NCBI GenBank assembly: GCA_963845515.1
Contig: CAWJSR010000035.1
Coordinates: forward strand, 57,236 to 121,235
Origin: an uncultured delta proteobacterium
GTDB lineage: Bacteria > Myxococcota > Myxococcia > Myxococcales > Anaeromyxobacteraceae
Direction of reading: 5' to 3'
Length of the DNA: 64,000 nucleotides
A program made the position numbers and the translations under genes. Of the stretch, positions 20,400 to 29,243 are shown piece after piece. Within the stretch, counting starts at the first letter, position 1; each line of letters starts with the position of its first letter. The notes under the pieces are model-generated. The model worked only from the letters and a program-made list of their open reading frames with translations. It did not search any database and was not told the DNA's origin.

Positions 20400-22206
20400 A
20401 TGATCAAGAAGCCCTCGATACTCCTCCTGGTCGCGACGTCCGGCTGCTTGGGCGTCCCCGTCTACTCTCCATCCTATCGTCCGGCCCAGACGTACACCCC
20501 TGCGCCGCAAGCTCAGCTCTGGTACTCGGGGAACCACCCCATCGCCGAAGCACAGGGCGGCGGCTGGTGCTACCTCGATGGCCCCCACCAGCACGCCTAC
20601 CGGCCCGACCGGGAGGACTGGTTCGGGCTGGACCGCGGCTACCTCATCTTCCGCGGCCCGAACGTGCACTACTACGTGGACGGCCACCCGCTGCCGGGCA
20701 ATGGCTGGTGCTCGATCCGCGGCCGTCACACCCACGAGTTCTTCGCGCCGCACGACAACGACTGGGAGTGGCAGCGCGGAGCCGGGTTCCGCTATCGCGG
20801 CCAGTACTCGGCGCAGCGCCCGCCCCCCCCCGGCTACTGGCGGATCCCGGGCAGGCCCGCCGACGTCCGGCCGCCCCCGCGCTTCGAGGACGACCGACGC
20901 CGGGTGCCGCCGCCGGCGGTGGAGAGCCCCCAGGAGCGGGCTGCCCGCGAGCGCGCCGAGCGCGAGCGCGCACGTGAGCAGGACCGGCTCGACCGCGAGC
21001 GGGCCAGGGAGCAGGATCGGCTCGATCGCGAGCGCGAGAAGGCCGAGCGCGACCGGTTCGAGAAGGAGAAGAAGGACCGCGACGACCGCGACCGCGCCGA
21101 GAAGGGGAAAAAGGAGCGCGAGGAGCGCGACCGGTTCGAGAAGGAGAAGAGGGACCGCGACGAGCGTGACCGCGTAGAGAAGGAGAAGCGCGACCGCGAG
21201 GACCGCGAGCGCTTCGACAAGGAGAAGCGGGGCGCCGAGGAGCGCGCGCGCTTCGAGAAGGAGAAGAAGGATCGCGACGACCGCGACCGGGCCGAGAAGG
21301 AGAAGAAGGACCGCGACGACCGCGAGAAGTTCGAGAAGGAGCGGAAGGACCGCGAGGACCGCGACCGCGCGGAGAAGGACAAGAAGGACCGCGACGACCG
21401 CGACAAGTTCGAGAAGGAGCGGAAGGACCGCGAGGACCGTGACAAGGCCGATCGCGACCGCGCGGAGAAGGAGAAGAAGGACCGCGACGACCGCGACAAG
21501 GCCGATCGTGACCGCGCCGAGAAGGACCGTCAGGACCGCGACCGCGCCGAGAAGGAGAAGAAGGACCGCGAGGACCGTGACAAGGCCGACCGTGACCGCG
21601 CCGAGAAGGACCGTCAGGACCGCGACAAGGCCGATCGCGACCGCGCCGAGAAGGACCGTCAGGACCGCGACAAGGCTGATCGCGACCGCGCCGAGAAGGA
21701 CCGCCAGGACCGCGACAAGGCCGACCGCGACCGCGCCGAAAAGGACCGCCAGGACCGCGACAAGGCGCGACCGCGACCGCGCCGAGAAGGATCGCCAGGA
21801 CCGCGACAAGGCGGCCGCCGACAAGGCCGACCGCGACCGCGCCGAGAAGGATCGCCAGGACCGCGACAAGGCGGCCGCCGACAAGGCCGACCGCGACCGC
21901 GCCGAGAAGGACCGCCAGGACCGCGACAAGGCGGCCGCCGACAAGGCCGACCGCGACCGCGCCGAGAAGGACCGCCAGGACCGCGACAAGGCGGCCGCCG
22001 ACAAGGCCGACCGCGACCGCGCCGAGAAGGACCGCCAGGACCGTGACAAGGCGGCCGCCGACAAGGCCGCGGGCGGCAAGACCGACGACGGCAAGGCCAG
22101 CGGCGGCAAGACCCGCGGCGGCGGCAAGGCGGACGCGGACAAGAGCGACGCCGAGAAGCAGGACGAGCAGAAGGCGACCACGGATACGCGCAAGAAGCGC
22201 CGGTAG
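20400..22206 (+). CDS. Uncharacterised lipoprotein with two His3Cys motifs and a long D/E/K/R repeat tail (1-bp insertion near 21767; about 601 aa corrected)
   Basis: Signal peptide and lipobox MIKKPSILLLVATSG-C. Motifs HPIAEAQGGGWCYLDGPHQH and HPLPGNGWCSIRGRHTH. The repeat continues in the 21439..22206 frame after an extra base (GCGCGA versus GCCGA in sibling repeats). Confidence 0.8.
21580..22068 (+). repeat. Coding tandem repeats: about four 45-bp units, then four full 60-bp units plus one partial
   Basis: Blocks starting at 21781, 21841, 21901, 21961 and 22021 are essentially identical (AEKDRQDRDKAAADKADRDR). The preceding unit is DRDRAEKDRQDRDKA. Confidence 0.95.
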
Positions 22207-22232
22207 TCGCAGCGAATACGCGCGATGAATGG

Positions 22233-22268
22233 ACGGGGCGCTGCGTCAACCGCAGCGCCCCGTTTTGT
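22233..22268 (+). terminator. Intrinsic terminator after the repeat lipoprotein
   Basis: Perfect 13-bp stem ACGGGGCGCTGCG-TCAAC-CGCAGCGCCCCGT followed by TTTGT. Confidence 0.85.
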
Positions 22269-22281
22269 GTCATGCGGCCGG

Positions 22282-22309
22282 TTGACACACGCTGGCGCCG
22301 CGCGATAGC
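22282..22309 (+). promoter_or_regulatory. Putative sigma70 promoter of the cbi/cob operon
   Basis: TTGACA-16 nt-GATAGC, paralogous to 17474-17502. Confidence 0.6.
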
Positions 22310-22327
22310 AGGGCACTACATTGATGA

Positions 22328-22512
22328 TGTCTCGGGTGCCCCGTCGAGGGCATTCCAGGGAAGCCGGTGCGAATCCGGCGCGGACCCGCCACTGTGAGTG
22401 AGGGAGCCGCCTCCAGAGAGCCACTCGGGCGAACGCCCGGGGAAGGCGGAGGCAGCGTGTGAGGGCGATAGTCGCCTTCCGAACCCACGAGCCAGGAGAC
22501 CGACCCGAGACA
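22328..22512 (+). promoter_or_regulatory. Cobalamin (AdoCbl) riboswitch 2
   Basis: Closing helix TGTCTCGGG/CCCGAGACA; core AGGGAAGCCGGTGCGAATCCGGCGCGGACCCGCCACTGTGA; B12 box GAGCCAGGAGACCGACC. It lies upstream of cbiM. Confidence 0.95.
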
Positions 22513-22524
22513 GCGAGGATCGGC

Positions 22525-23319
22525 ATGGTTCACACCTGCCGCTCGTCGGGCGCGGAGATCGCCCGGGGAGCATTCGTACCGTCCGCAGTCCTGACCACGC
22601 TCACCGTGGCGATCGCAGCGCTCCCTGCTCCCGCGCGCGCGATGCACCTCGCCGAAGGAACCCTCCCCGCCGGCTGGTCGGCCGCCTGGTGGGCGGTCAC
22701 CGCGGCGGGCCTGGCCGTCGCGCTGGACCGGCTCCGCGGACGAGCAGCGCGAGACGCGATCGCGCGCCCGCTCACCGGCACCATGGCCGCGTTCGTCCTC
22801 GTCCTCTCGAGCATCCCGATCCCGGTCCCGGTCGCCGGCTCCAGCGGCCACGCGTGCGGGACCGGGCTCGCCGCAGTCCTCATTGGGCCCTGGCTGACGC
22901 TGCTCGCCGGCTTCGTCGCGCTGCTCCTGCAGGCCTTCGTCGAAGGGCACGGCGGCGTCACCACCCTGGGCGCGAACGCGGTCTCGATGGGGCTCGCGGG
23001 CGCCTTCGCGGGCTGGGGAGCCTTCCGGCTGCTGCGCCGCGCGGGTACGCCCCTCCACGTCGCGGCGGGGGCAGCCGGCTTCGTCGCCGACGTCGCCACC
23101 TACGGCGCGACGACGCTCCAGCTCGCGCTCGCGCACCATGGAGACCGCTCGCTCGCCGCCGCGTTCGCCGGCGTGGGCACCGCGTTCCTGCCGGTGCAGC
23201 TCCCGATCGCCCTCCTCGACGGCGCGCTCGCGGCCGGGGCGATACGGCTCCTCTCCGACCGGCGCCCGGACCTGCTCGCCCGGCTCGGCGTGGTCGCTCC
23301 CACGGCGGAGGGCGCGTGA
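22525..23319 (+). CDS. cbiM: Cobalt ECF transporter S component CbiM, with signal peptide
   Basis: ARA|MHLAEG mature N-terminus, GSSGHACGTGL, LLQA...GHGGVTTLGAN and Q.PIA motifs. Confidence 0.92.
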   Translation: MVHTCRSSGAEIARGAFVPSAVLTTLTVAIAALPAPARAMHLAEGTLPAGWSAAWWAVTAAGLAVALDRLRGRAARDAIARPLTGTMAAFVLVLSSIPIPVPVAGSSGHACGTGLAAVLIGPWLTLLAGFVALLLQAFVEGHGGVTTLGANAVSMGLAGAFAGWGAFRLLRRAGTPLHVAAGAAGFVADVATYGATTLQLALAHHGDRSLAAAFAGVGTAFLPVQLPIALLDGALAAGAIRLLSDRRPDLLARLGVVAPTAEGA

Positions 23320-24005
23320 GCCACCGCTCGCTCGACGCGCGGGTGGGGCTCGGAACGGCCGTCGCAGCGTGGGGAGTCGCGCTCGTCGCGCCCCACCCCG
23401 CGACGACCGCCACCGTCGCTGCGCTCGCGCTCCTGCTCAGGCTCCGGCGGCCGCGCGCCCTCCGCGCGCTGCTGCCGTCCGCCGCGATCGCCCTGGTGGC
23501 CGCCGGCTTCCTGGCGATCTTCCACGTCGCGGGTGGGCCTGGGACGGGCCACGGCCAGGCCGCGGGGATGCTCGCCGTCCGGATCGTCTCCGCCGGCTGG
23601 GTCGGCGCCGCGCTCGTCGCGTGGCTCCCGCTCCCCGAGCTGCTCTCCGCGCTCGCCTGGGCGCGTGTCGCGCCCGCGCTCCTGGAGCTCGTGGCCATCG
23701 CCGACCGCCAGCGGCACGCCCTGGGCGCGTACGCCGTGGCGGTCCGCGACGCGCAGCGGCTCCGGCTCGGGTGGTCGGAGCCGCTGCGCGCGATCCGCTC
23801 CGCCGGTGGGCTGGCTGGCCTCGCCGTCTGGCGCGCGGTCGCGCAGGCAGAGATCGCGTCCGACGCGCTGGCGCTCCGTGGCGCGCGGGGCCAGCTGCGA
23901 CCGCCGCTGGAGCCGCGCCTCGGCTGGCGCAACGCGGCCTTCGCGGCGAGCGCCGCGGCGGCGCTCTGCGCGTGCCTCCTCCTCCCCGGACTCCTGCCGC
24001 CGTGA
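23316..24005 (+). CDS. cbiQ: ECF transporter T component (divergent CbiQ)
   Basis: Hydrophobic protein between cbiM and the ATPase, with coupling-helix motifs AQRLRLG and ALALRG. GTGA overlaps at both ends. Confidence 0.78.
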   Translation: MSHRSLDARVGLGTAVAAWGVALVAPHPATTATVAALALLLRLRRPRALRALLPSAAIALVAAGFLAIFHVAGGPGTGHGQAAGMLAVRIVSAGWVGAALVAWLPLPELLSALAWARVAPALLELVAIADRQRHALGAYAVAVRDAQRLRLGWSEPLRAIRSAGGLAGLAVWRAVAQAEIASDALALRGARGQLRPPLEPRLGWRNAAFAASAAAALCACLLLPGLLPP

Positions 24006-24823
24006 TCCCCGCGCTCCACATCGACGCCGCACAGGTCGGCCCCGCCGCGGGCAGGTGGGCGCTCGGCCCGGTCCGGCTGGAGCTTCGCCCCGGCGAGCGC
24101 GTGGCCATCCTCGGCGCGAACGGCGCGGGAAAGACGACGCTCCTGCGTGCGATGACCGGGCTGGGGCGGCTGCGGGGCGGCGAGGTTCGCATCGGGGGAA
24201 GGACCATCCGGACGCCGGAGGAGGCCGTCCGTGCAGGGGCCGGGCTGGTCCTCCAGAACCCGGAGGACCAGCTCCTCGGCGCGACGGTCCTCGAGGACGT
24301 GACCATCGGCCCGCTCCACGCCGGGCTCGATGGCCCCGCCGCCCGCCAGCGAGCGCGCGCCGCGCTGGCCACCGTCGGCCTCCAGGGGATGGACGAGCGA
24401 CGGGTCGACGAGCTCTCCTTCGGCGAGAAGCGGCGCGTGGGGCTCGCCGGGGTCCTGGCCATGGAGCCGTCGCTCCTCCTGCTGGACGAGCCGACCTCGG
24501 GGCTCGATCCGCTCGGCGAGCAGGAGATCGTGGCGCTCCTGTGCCGCGTCGCCGGCGAGCGGGGCGCCACGCTCGTCATCGCCACGCACGCCGTCGATCT
24601 CGTCCCGACGGTGGCCGATCGCGCGATCGTCCTGGGGGACGGCCGGATCCTCGCCGACCTCCCCGTCCCCGAGCTCTTCGCCGACGCGCCGCTGCTCGCG
24701 CGCTCGCGCCTGCGCGCGCCGTGGGTCGCTGAGCTCTGGCGCGCCCTCGGGCGGCCCGCACGCGACGGTCGCTCACCACTCACGCTTCAGGAGGCGCTCG
24801 CTTGGAACGCCGATCCGTCCTGA
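24002..24823 (+). CDS. cbiO: ECF transporter ATPase
   Basis: GANGAGKT, QNPEDQ, LSFGEKRR and LLLDEPTSGLDP. Confidence 0.9.
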   Translation: MIPALHIDAAQVGPAAGRWALGPVRLELRPGERVAILGANGAGKTTLLRAMTGLGRLRGGEVRIGGRTIRTPEEAVRAGAGLVLQNPEDQLLGATVLEDVTIGPLHAGLDGPAARQRARAALATVGLQGMDERRVDELSFGEKRRVGLAGVLAMEPSLLLLDEPTSGLDPLGEQEIVALLCRVAGERGATLVIATHAVDLVPTVADRAIVLGDGRILADLPVPELFADAPLLARSRLRAPWVAELWRALGRPARDGRSPLTLQEALAWNADPS

Positions 24824-25572
24824 TCCTCGGCCACGGCAGCCGCCGCGAGGCCGCCAACGCCCAGTTCGAGGCACTGGTCGCGCGCTTTCGCGCCCGACGA
24901 CCCGAGCTGGACGTCGCCCACGCCTACATCGAGCTGGCGGAGCCGCTCCTGCCCGACGGGCTCGCCTCCCTGGCCCAGCGCTCCGACCGGGTGACGATCC
25001 TTCCGCTCTTCCTCTTCGCGGCGGGGCACGTGAAGAGCGACGTCCCGGAGGCGATCGAGGAGGCGAGGCGGCGCTTCCCCGCGGTCCGCTTCGAGGCCGC
25101 CGCCGAGCTGGGCGTCGATCCGGTGATGATCTCGATCGCGCTCGACCGGGCCGGGGCCGCCGTGCCGCTGGGGGGGCGCGAGGCGGCGAGTACGGTCCTC
25201 CTGACCATCGGCCGCGGCTCGCTCGACTCCGACGCGAACGGCAACTTCTACAAGGTGAGCAGGATCGTCGCGGAGCAGGGCGGCTTCGCCCGGCCCGAGC
25301 TCTGCTTCATCGCCGTGGCAAGTCCGCTCCTGCCCGAGGCGCTGGAGCGCGTCGCGCTCTCGACGCCCGAGCGGCTGCTGGTCCTCCCCTACTTCCTCTT
25401 CGAGGGACTCCTCGTCGAGCAGGTCCGGGCGGAGGTCGCCGGCTTCGCCGCCCGCCACCCGGCGATCGACGTGAGGCTCGCCGCCTTCCTCGGTCCCGAC
25501 GAGCGGCTCTGCGACGTGCTCGACGCGAGGCTCGCGGCGACGGGTGGCGGCGAGGAGGCCAGCGGCGAATGA
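24802..25572 (+). CDS. cbiX: Sirohydrochlorin cobaltochelatase, two-domain CbiX
   Basis: GHGSR, AYIELAEP, PLFLFAAGHVKSD, GRGS and PYFLFEG. Confidence 0.88.
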   Translation: MERRSVLILGHGSRREAANAQFEALVARFRARRPELDVAHAYIELAEPLLPDGLASLAQRSDRVTILPLFLFAAGHVKSDVPEAIEEARRRFPAVRFEAAAELGVDPVMISIALDRAGAAVPLGGREAASTVLLTIGRGSLDSDANGNFYKVSRIVAEQGGFARPELCFIAVASPLLPEALERVALSTPERLLVLPYFLFEGLLVEQVRAEVAGFAARHPAIDVRLAAFLGPDERLCDVLDARLAATGGGEEASGE

Positions 25573-26648
25573 CCGAGGTGGGGCTCAGATCCGGCTTCAC
25601 CACCGGCGCCTGCGCGGCCGCGGCGGCGCTCGCTGCCGCGCGCGCGCTGCTCGAGGGCCGGGTCCCCGCGACCGTGGAGCTGCGGCTCCCAAACGGGACC
25701 CTCGCCCGCTTCGCGGTCGCGAGGGGCGAGCTTCTCCCCGGGAGCGCGACCTGCGTGGTGTTGAAGGACGCGGGCGACGATCCCGACGCGACGCACGGCG
25801 CCGAGATCGTGGCCACCGTCACGCTTCGCGCCGAGCAGGGCGTGGAGGTGCGCGGCGGCGCCGGCGTCGCGACCGTCACGAGGCCGGGGCTCGGGCTCGC
25901 GGTGGGGTCGCCGGCGATCACTGCAATTCCCCGGCGCCACGTCGGGGAGACCGTGGCGGCGGCGCTCGCCGCCACCGGCAGGGGGGCGGTCGTCGAGATC
26001 TCCGTGCCGCACGGCGAGGAGATCGCCAGGCAGACCCTCAACGCGAGGCTCGGGCTGCTCGGCGGCATCTCCATCCTCGGGACGACCGGGATCGTGCGCC
26101 CCTTCTCGGCAGCCGCGTACGGCGCGTCCGTGATGCGCGCCGTGGACGTGGCCAGGGCGAGCGGGCTCGACGAGGTGATCCTGTCCACCGGCGCGCGCAC
26201 CGAGGCCGCGGCGATGCGCGAACACCCGGAGCTCCCCGAGGTGGCCTTCGTGCAGGCGGGCGACTGCATCGGGATCGGCCTGCGGCGTGCGGCGCAGCGC
26301 GGCGTCGCCCGCGCGCGGCTCTACGCGATGGTGGGGAAGCTGGCGAAGATCGCCGGCGGGCTGATGCAGACGCACGCCTCGAAGGGCGAGGTCGATCCGG
26401 CCCTGCTGGCCGCGATCGCCGGCGAGGCGGGGGCGGATGGGCCGCTCCGCGCCTCGGTGGCCGGCGCCACGACCGCGCGGCACGCGCTGGAGCTGGTGGA
26501 GGCCGCGCGGCTCGGGGGCTTCGGCGCGGCGCTCTGCCGGCGAGCGGCCGAGCGCTGCGCGGCGCACGCCTCGCGGCGGCTGCGGGTCGAGGTCGTGATG
26601 ATCGGCTTCGACGGCGAGACCCTGGGGCGAGCGGAGGCGCTTCCATGA
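25569..26648 (+). CDS. cbiD: Cobalt-precorrin-5B C1-methyltransferase
   Basis: LRSGFTTGACAAAAA, KDAGDDPDATHG, TLNARLGLLGGISILGTTGIV and GKLAKIA. Confidence 0.95.
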   Translation: MTEVGLRSGFTTGACAAAAALAAARALLEGRVPATVELRLPNGTLARFAVARGELLPGSATCVVLKDAGDDPDATHGAEIVATVTLRAEQGVEVRGGAGVATVTRPGLGLAVGSPAITAIPRRHVGETVAAALAATGRGAVVEISVPHGEEIARQTLNARLGLLGGISILGTTGIVRPFSAAAYGASVMRAVDVARASGLDEVILSTGARTEAAAMREHPELPEVAFVQAGDCIGIGLRRAAQRGVARARLYAMVGKLAKIAGGLMQTHASKGEVDPALLAAIAGEAGADGPLRASVAGATTARHALELVEAARLGGFGAALCRRAAERCAAHASRRLRVEVVMIGFDGETLGRAEALP

Positions 26649-27286
26649 GCACGCAGGTCCCCGCTGGACGGGAGATCGAGGCCGAGAGCTTCAGGATCAT
26701 CGAGGCGGAGTTGCCCGGCCACGGCTTCGCCCCCGGCCCCTGGCGCGTCGTCCGCAGGATGGTCCACGCCACCGCCGACCTCGACTTCGCGCGCAACGCC
26801 GTCGTGGCGGCGGGAGCCGTCAAGGCAGGCGCGGACGCGCTGGCCCGCGGCGCTCCCATCGTCTGCGACGTCCGCATGATCGCGGCGGGGCTCTCGGGCG
26901 AGCGGCTCGGCCGTCTCGGCGTGACGGTCCACTGCCTCCTCTCGGAGCCTGACCTGGCAGCGCGGGCGCGCGAGGCGGGGATCACCCGCTCCGCCGAGGC
27001 GATGCGGCTGGCGCACCGGCGGGGGCTCCTCGAGGGCGCCGTCGTCGCGATCGGGAACGCCCCGACCGCCCTCTTCGAGCTCATCCGGCTGGTCCGTGAC
27101 GAGGGGGCGCGCCCCGCGCTGGTCGTCGGAGTGCCGGTGGGCTTCGTCGGCGCGGCCGAGTCCAAGGAGGCGGCGCTGGGCCTCTCGGTCCCGCACCTCG
27201 TCGTGCGCGGCCGCAAGGGGGGCACCCCAGCGGCGGTCGCCGCGCTCCACGCGCTCCTCGATCTCGCCGCGGAGCCGCTGCCGTGA
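26645..27286 (+). CDS. cbiC: Precorrin-8X methylmutase
   Basis: IEAESFRII, RMVHATAD, AIGNAPTAL, PVGFVGAAESK and GRKGG. Confidence 0.95.
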   Translation: MSTQVPAGREIEAESFRIIEAELPGHGFAPGPWRVVRRMVHATADLDFARNAVVAAGAVKAGADALARGAPIVCDVRMIAAGLSGERLGRLGVTVHCLLSEPDLAARAREAGITRSAEAMRLAHRRGLLEGAVVAIGNAPTALFELIRLVRDEGARPALVVGVPVGFVGAAESKEAALGLSVPHLVVRGRKGGTPAAVAALHALLDLAAEPLP

Positions 27287-28521
27287 GCGCGCGCGGCACG
27301 AGCCAGGTCACCGTCGTCGGCGTGGGCGACGACGGGCGCGACGGCCTCGCTCCACGCGCGCTGGCGGCGGTCGCGCGCGCGCGTGCCGTCGCGGGCGGCG
27401 AGCGCCACCTCGCGCTCTTCCCCGAGTTCTCCGGCGAGCGGATCCCGCTCGGCGCGGGGCTCGACGACGCCATCTCGCGGCTCCGCGCGCTCGCCGCGAC
27501 CGGCCCGGTCTGCGTGCTCGCCTCGGGCGACCCGCTCTTCTTCGGCGTCGGCGCCCGGGTGATCCAGGCGTTCGGCGCTGGCGCCGTCGAGGTCCTCCCG
27601 CAGCCCTCGTCGCTCCAGTGGGCCTTCGCCCGGCTCGGGATCCCCTGGGACGACGCCGCGCTCATCTCCCTCCACGGGCGGCCGCGCGAGGGGCTCGTCG
27701 CGCGGCTCCGCCGCCGCTCCAAGGCGGCCTGCTTCACCGACTCCGAGTGCTCCCCGCCCGCGCTGGCCGCCCACCTCCTGGCCCACGGCGAGACCGGCTG
27801 GACGGCCTTCGTCTGCGAGCGGCTCGGCGGCGCACGCGAGCGGGTGCGCTCGTTCCGGATGGAGCCCCTCGCCGCCTGCGCGGACGTCGACCCGCTCAAC
27901 GTCCTCGTCCTGGTGCGGGACCAGGGCTGGCGCCAGCCTCCGGTCATCCCCTTCCTCCCGGAGGGGGCCTTCTCCACCCGCGGCGGCCTCATCACCAAGC
28001 GGGAGGTCAGGCTCGTCGCGCTCGGCGCGCTCCGGCTCGCCGAGGACTCGGTCCTCTGGGACGTCGGGGCGGGCTCCGGCTCGGTCGCGATCGAGGCGGC
28101 GCTCCTCGCCGCAGAGGGGCGCGTCTTCGCGGTCGAGCGCGATCCCGAGATGCTAGAGCACCTCGCGCGGAACGTGCTGCGCCACGGCGCGGACAACGTG
28201 CGCATCGTCCCGGGCGCCGCGCCGGGTGCGCTGGAGATGCTCGAGGCCCCGGACGCCGTCTTCGTGGGCGGGAGCGGCGGCGACCTCTCCGCCATCCTCG
28301 CGCGCGCGCTCGACGCGCTCCGGCCCGGCGGGCGGCTCGTCGTGAACGCCGCGCTGCTCGACACGCTCGAGGAGGCGCGCCGCTTCTTCGCCTCCCGCGA
28401 GCTCTCTCCCGAGGTGACGCTCGTGAGCATCGCCCGCGGCGCGCCCATCGGCGGGAAGCTGCGGCTCGACCCGCTCGGCCCGGTCCACGTCGTCACGGTG
28501 ACGAAGGGGGGCGACCAGTGA
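27283..28521 (+). CDS. cbiET: Bifunctional precorrin-6Y C5,15-methyltransferase/decarboxylase (CbiE-CbiT)
   Basis: LASGDPLFFG, SLHGR, ITKREVR, WDVGAGSGSV and PDAVFVGG. Confidence 0.93.
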   Translation: MSARGTSQVTVVGVGDDGRDGLAPRALAAVARARAVAGGERHLALFPEFSGERIPLGAGLDDAISRLRALAATGPVCVLASGDPLFFGVGARVIQAFGAGAVEVLPQPSSLQWAFARLGIPWDDAALISLHGRPREGLVARLRRRSKAACFTDSECSPPALAAHLLAHGETGWTAFVCERLGGARERVRSFRMEPLAACADVDPLNVLVLVRDQGWRQPPVIPFLPEGAFSTRGGLITKREVRLVALGALRLAEDSVLWDVGAGSGSVAIEAALLAAEGRVFAVERDPEMLEHLARNVLRHGADNVRIVPGAAPGALEMLEAPDAVFVGGSGGDLSAILARALDALRPGGRLVVNAALLDTLEEARRFFASRELSPEVTLVSIARGAPIGGKLRLDPLGPVHVVTVTKGGDQ

Positions 28522-29243
28522 GCGCGCGGCTCATCGGCGTCGGGGTGGGCCCCGGAGCGGCCGACCTCCTCACGCTGCGCGCGGCGCGCGTGCTGCGAGA
28601 GGCAGACGTCCTCGCCCTGCCCCGCTCCTCCGCGGAGGCCTCCTCCTCGGCAGGCGCGATCGTCCGGGCGGCGGTCGGCGAGGTCGCCGGCCAGGAGATC
28701 CTCCCACTCACCTTCCCGATGACGCGCGATCCTGCGGTGCGGCGGCTCGCCCTCGACGCCGCGCTCGACGCGCTGGCCAGCCGCCTGGAGGCGGGGAAGC
28801 TGATCGCCGTCGCGTGCGAGGGGGATCCGCTCGTCTACGGCAGCTTCATCGACCTCCTGCACGCCGCGCCGGCCCGCTTCCCCGGCGTCCCGGTGGAGGT
28901 CGTGCCGGGGATCACCGCCGCCACGGCGGCCGCCGCCGCCGCGCTCGTCCCGCTCGCGGACGGCGACGGCGCGCTGGAGATCCTCCCAGCGCGGCGCGCC
29001 ATCGCAGAGCTCCCCCGGATCGCGGCCAGCGGCGACGCCGCAGTCATCTACAAGGCCGGCCCGGTCCTGCCGGAGCTCGCCGCAGCGCTCGCGGAGCAGG
29101 GGCTGGCCGGCCGCGCCGTCCTCGTCACCTCCGCCACCCGTCCCGACGAGGAGATCGTCCGCGGCCTAGACGCCGACGTGGGGAAGCGCCCCTACTTCTC
29201 GCTCGTCATCGTGCCGCCGCGCGGAAGCCGGGAGGAGGGGTGA
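28518..29243 (+). CDS. cbiL: Precorrin-2 / cobalt-factor II C20-methyltransferase
   Basis: GVGVGPGAADLLTLRA, FPMTRD, EGDPLVYGSF, VVPGIT and PYFSLVIV. Confidence 0.9.
   Translation: MSARLIGVGVGPGAADLLTLRAARVLREADVLALPRSSAEASSSAGAIVRAAVGEVAGQEILPLTFPMTRDPAVRRLALDAALDALASRLEAGKLIAVACEGDPLVYGSFIDLLHAAPARFPGVPVEVVPGITAATAAAAAALVPLADGDGALEILPARRAIAELPRIAASGDAAVIYKAGPVLPELAAALAEQGLAGRAVLVTSATRPDEEIVRGLDADVGKRPYFSLVIVPPRGSREEG

Noticed and set aside
21580..22068. Regular 45/60-bp repeats as a possible CRISPR array
   Set aside because: The units are directly tandem with no unique spacers, their lengths are multiples of 3, they lie inside a coding frame, and no cas genes are present.
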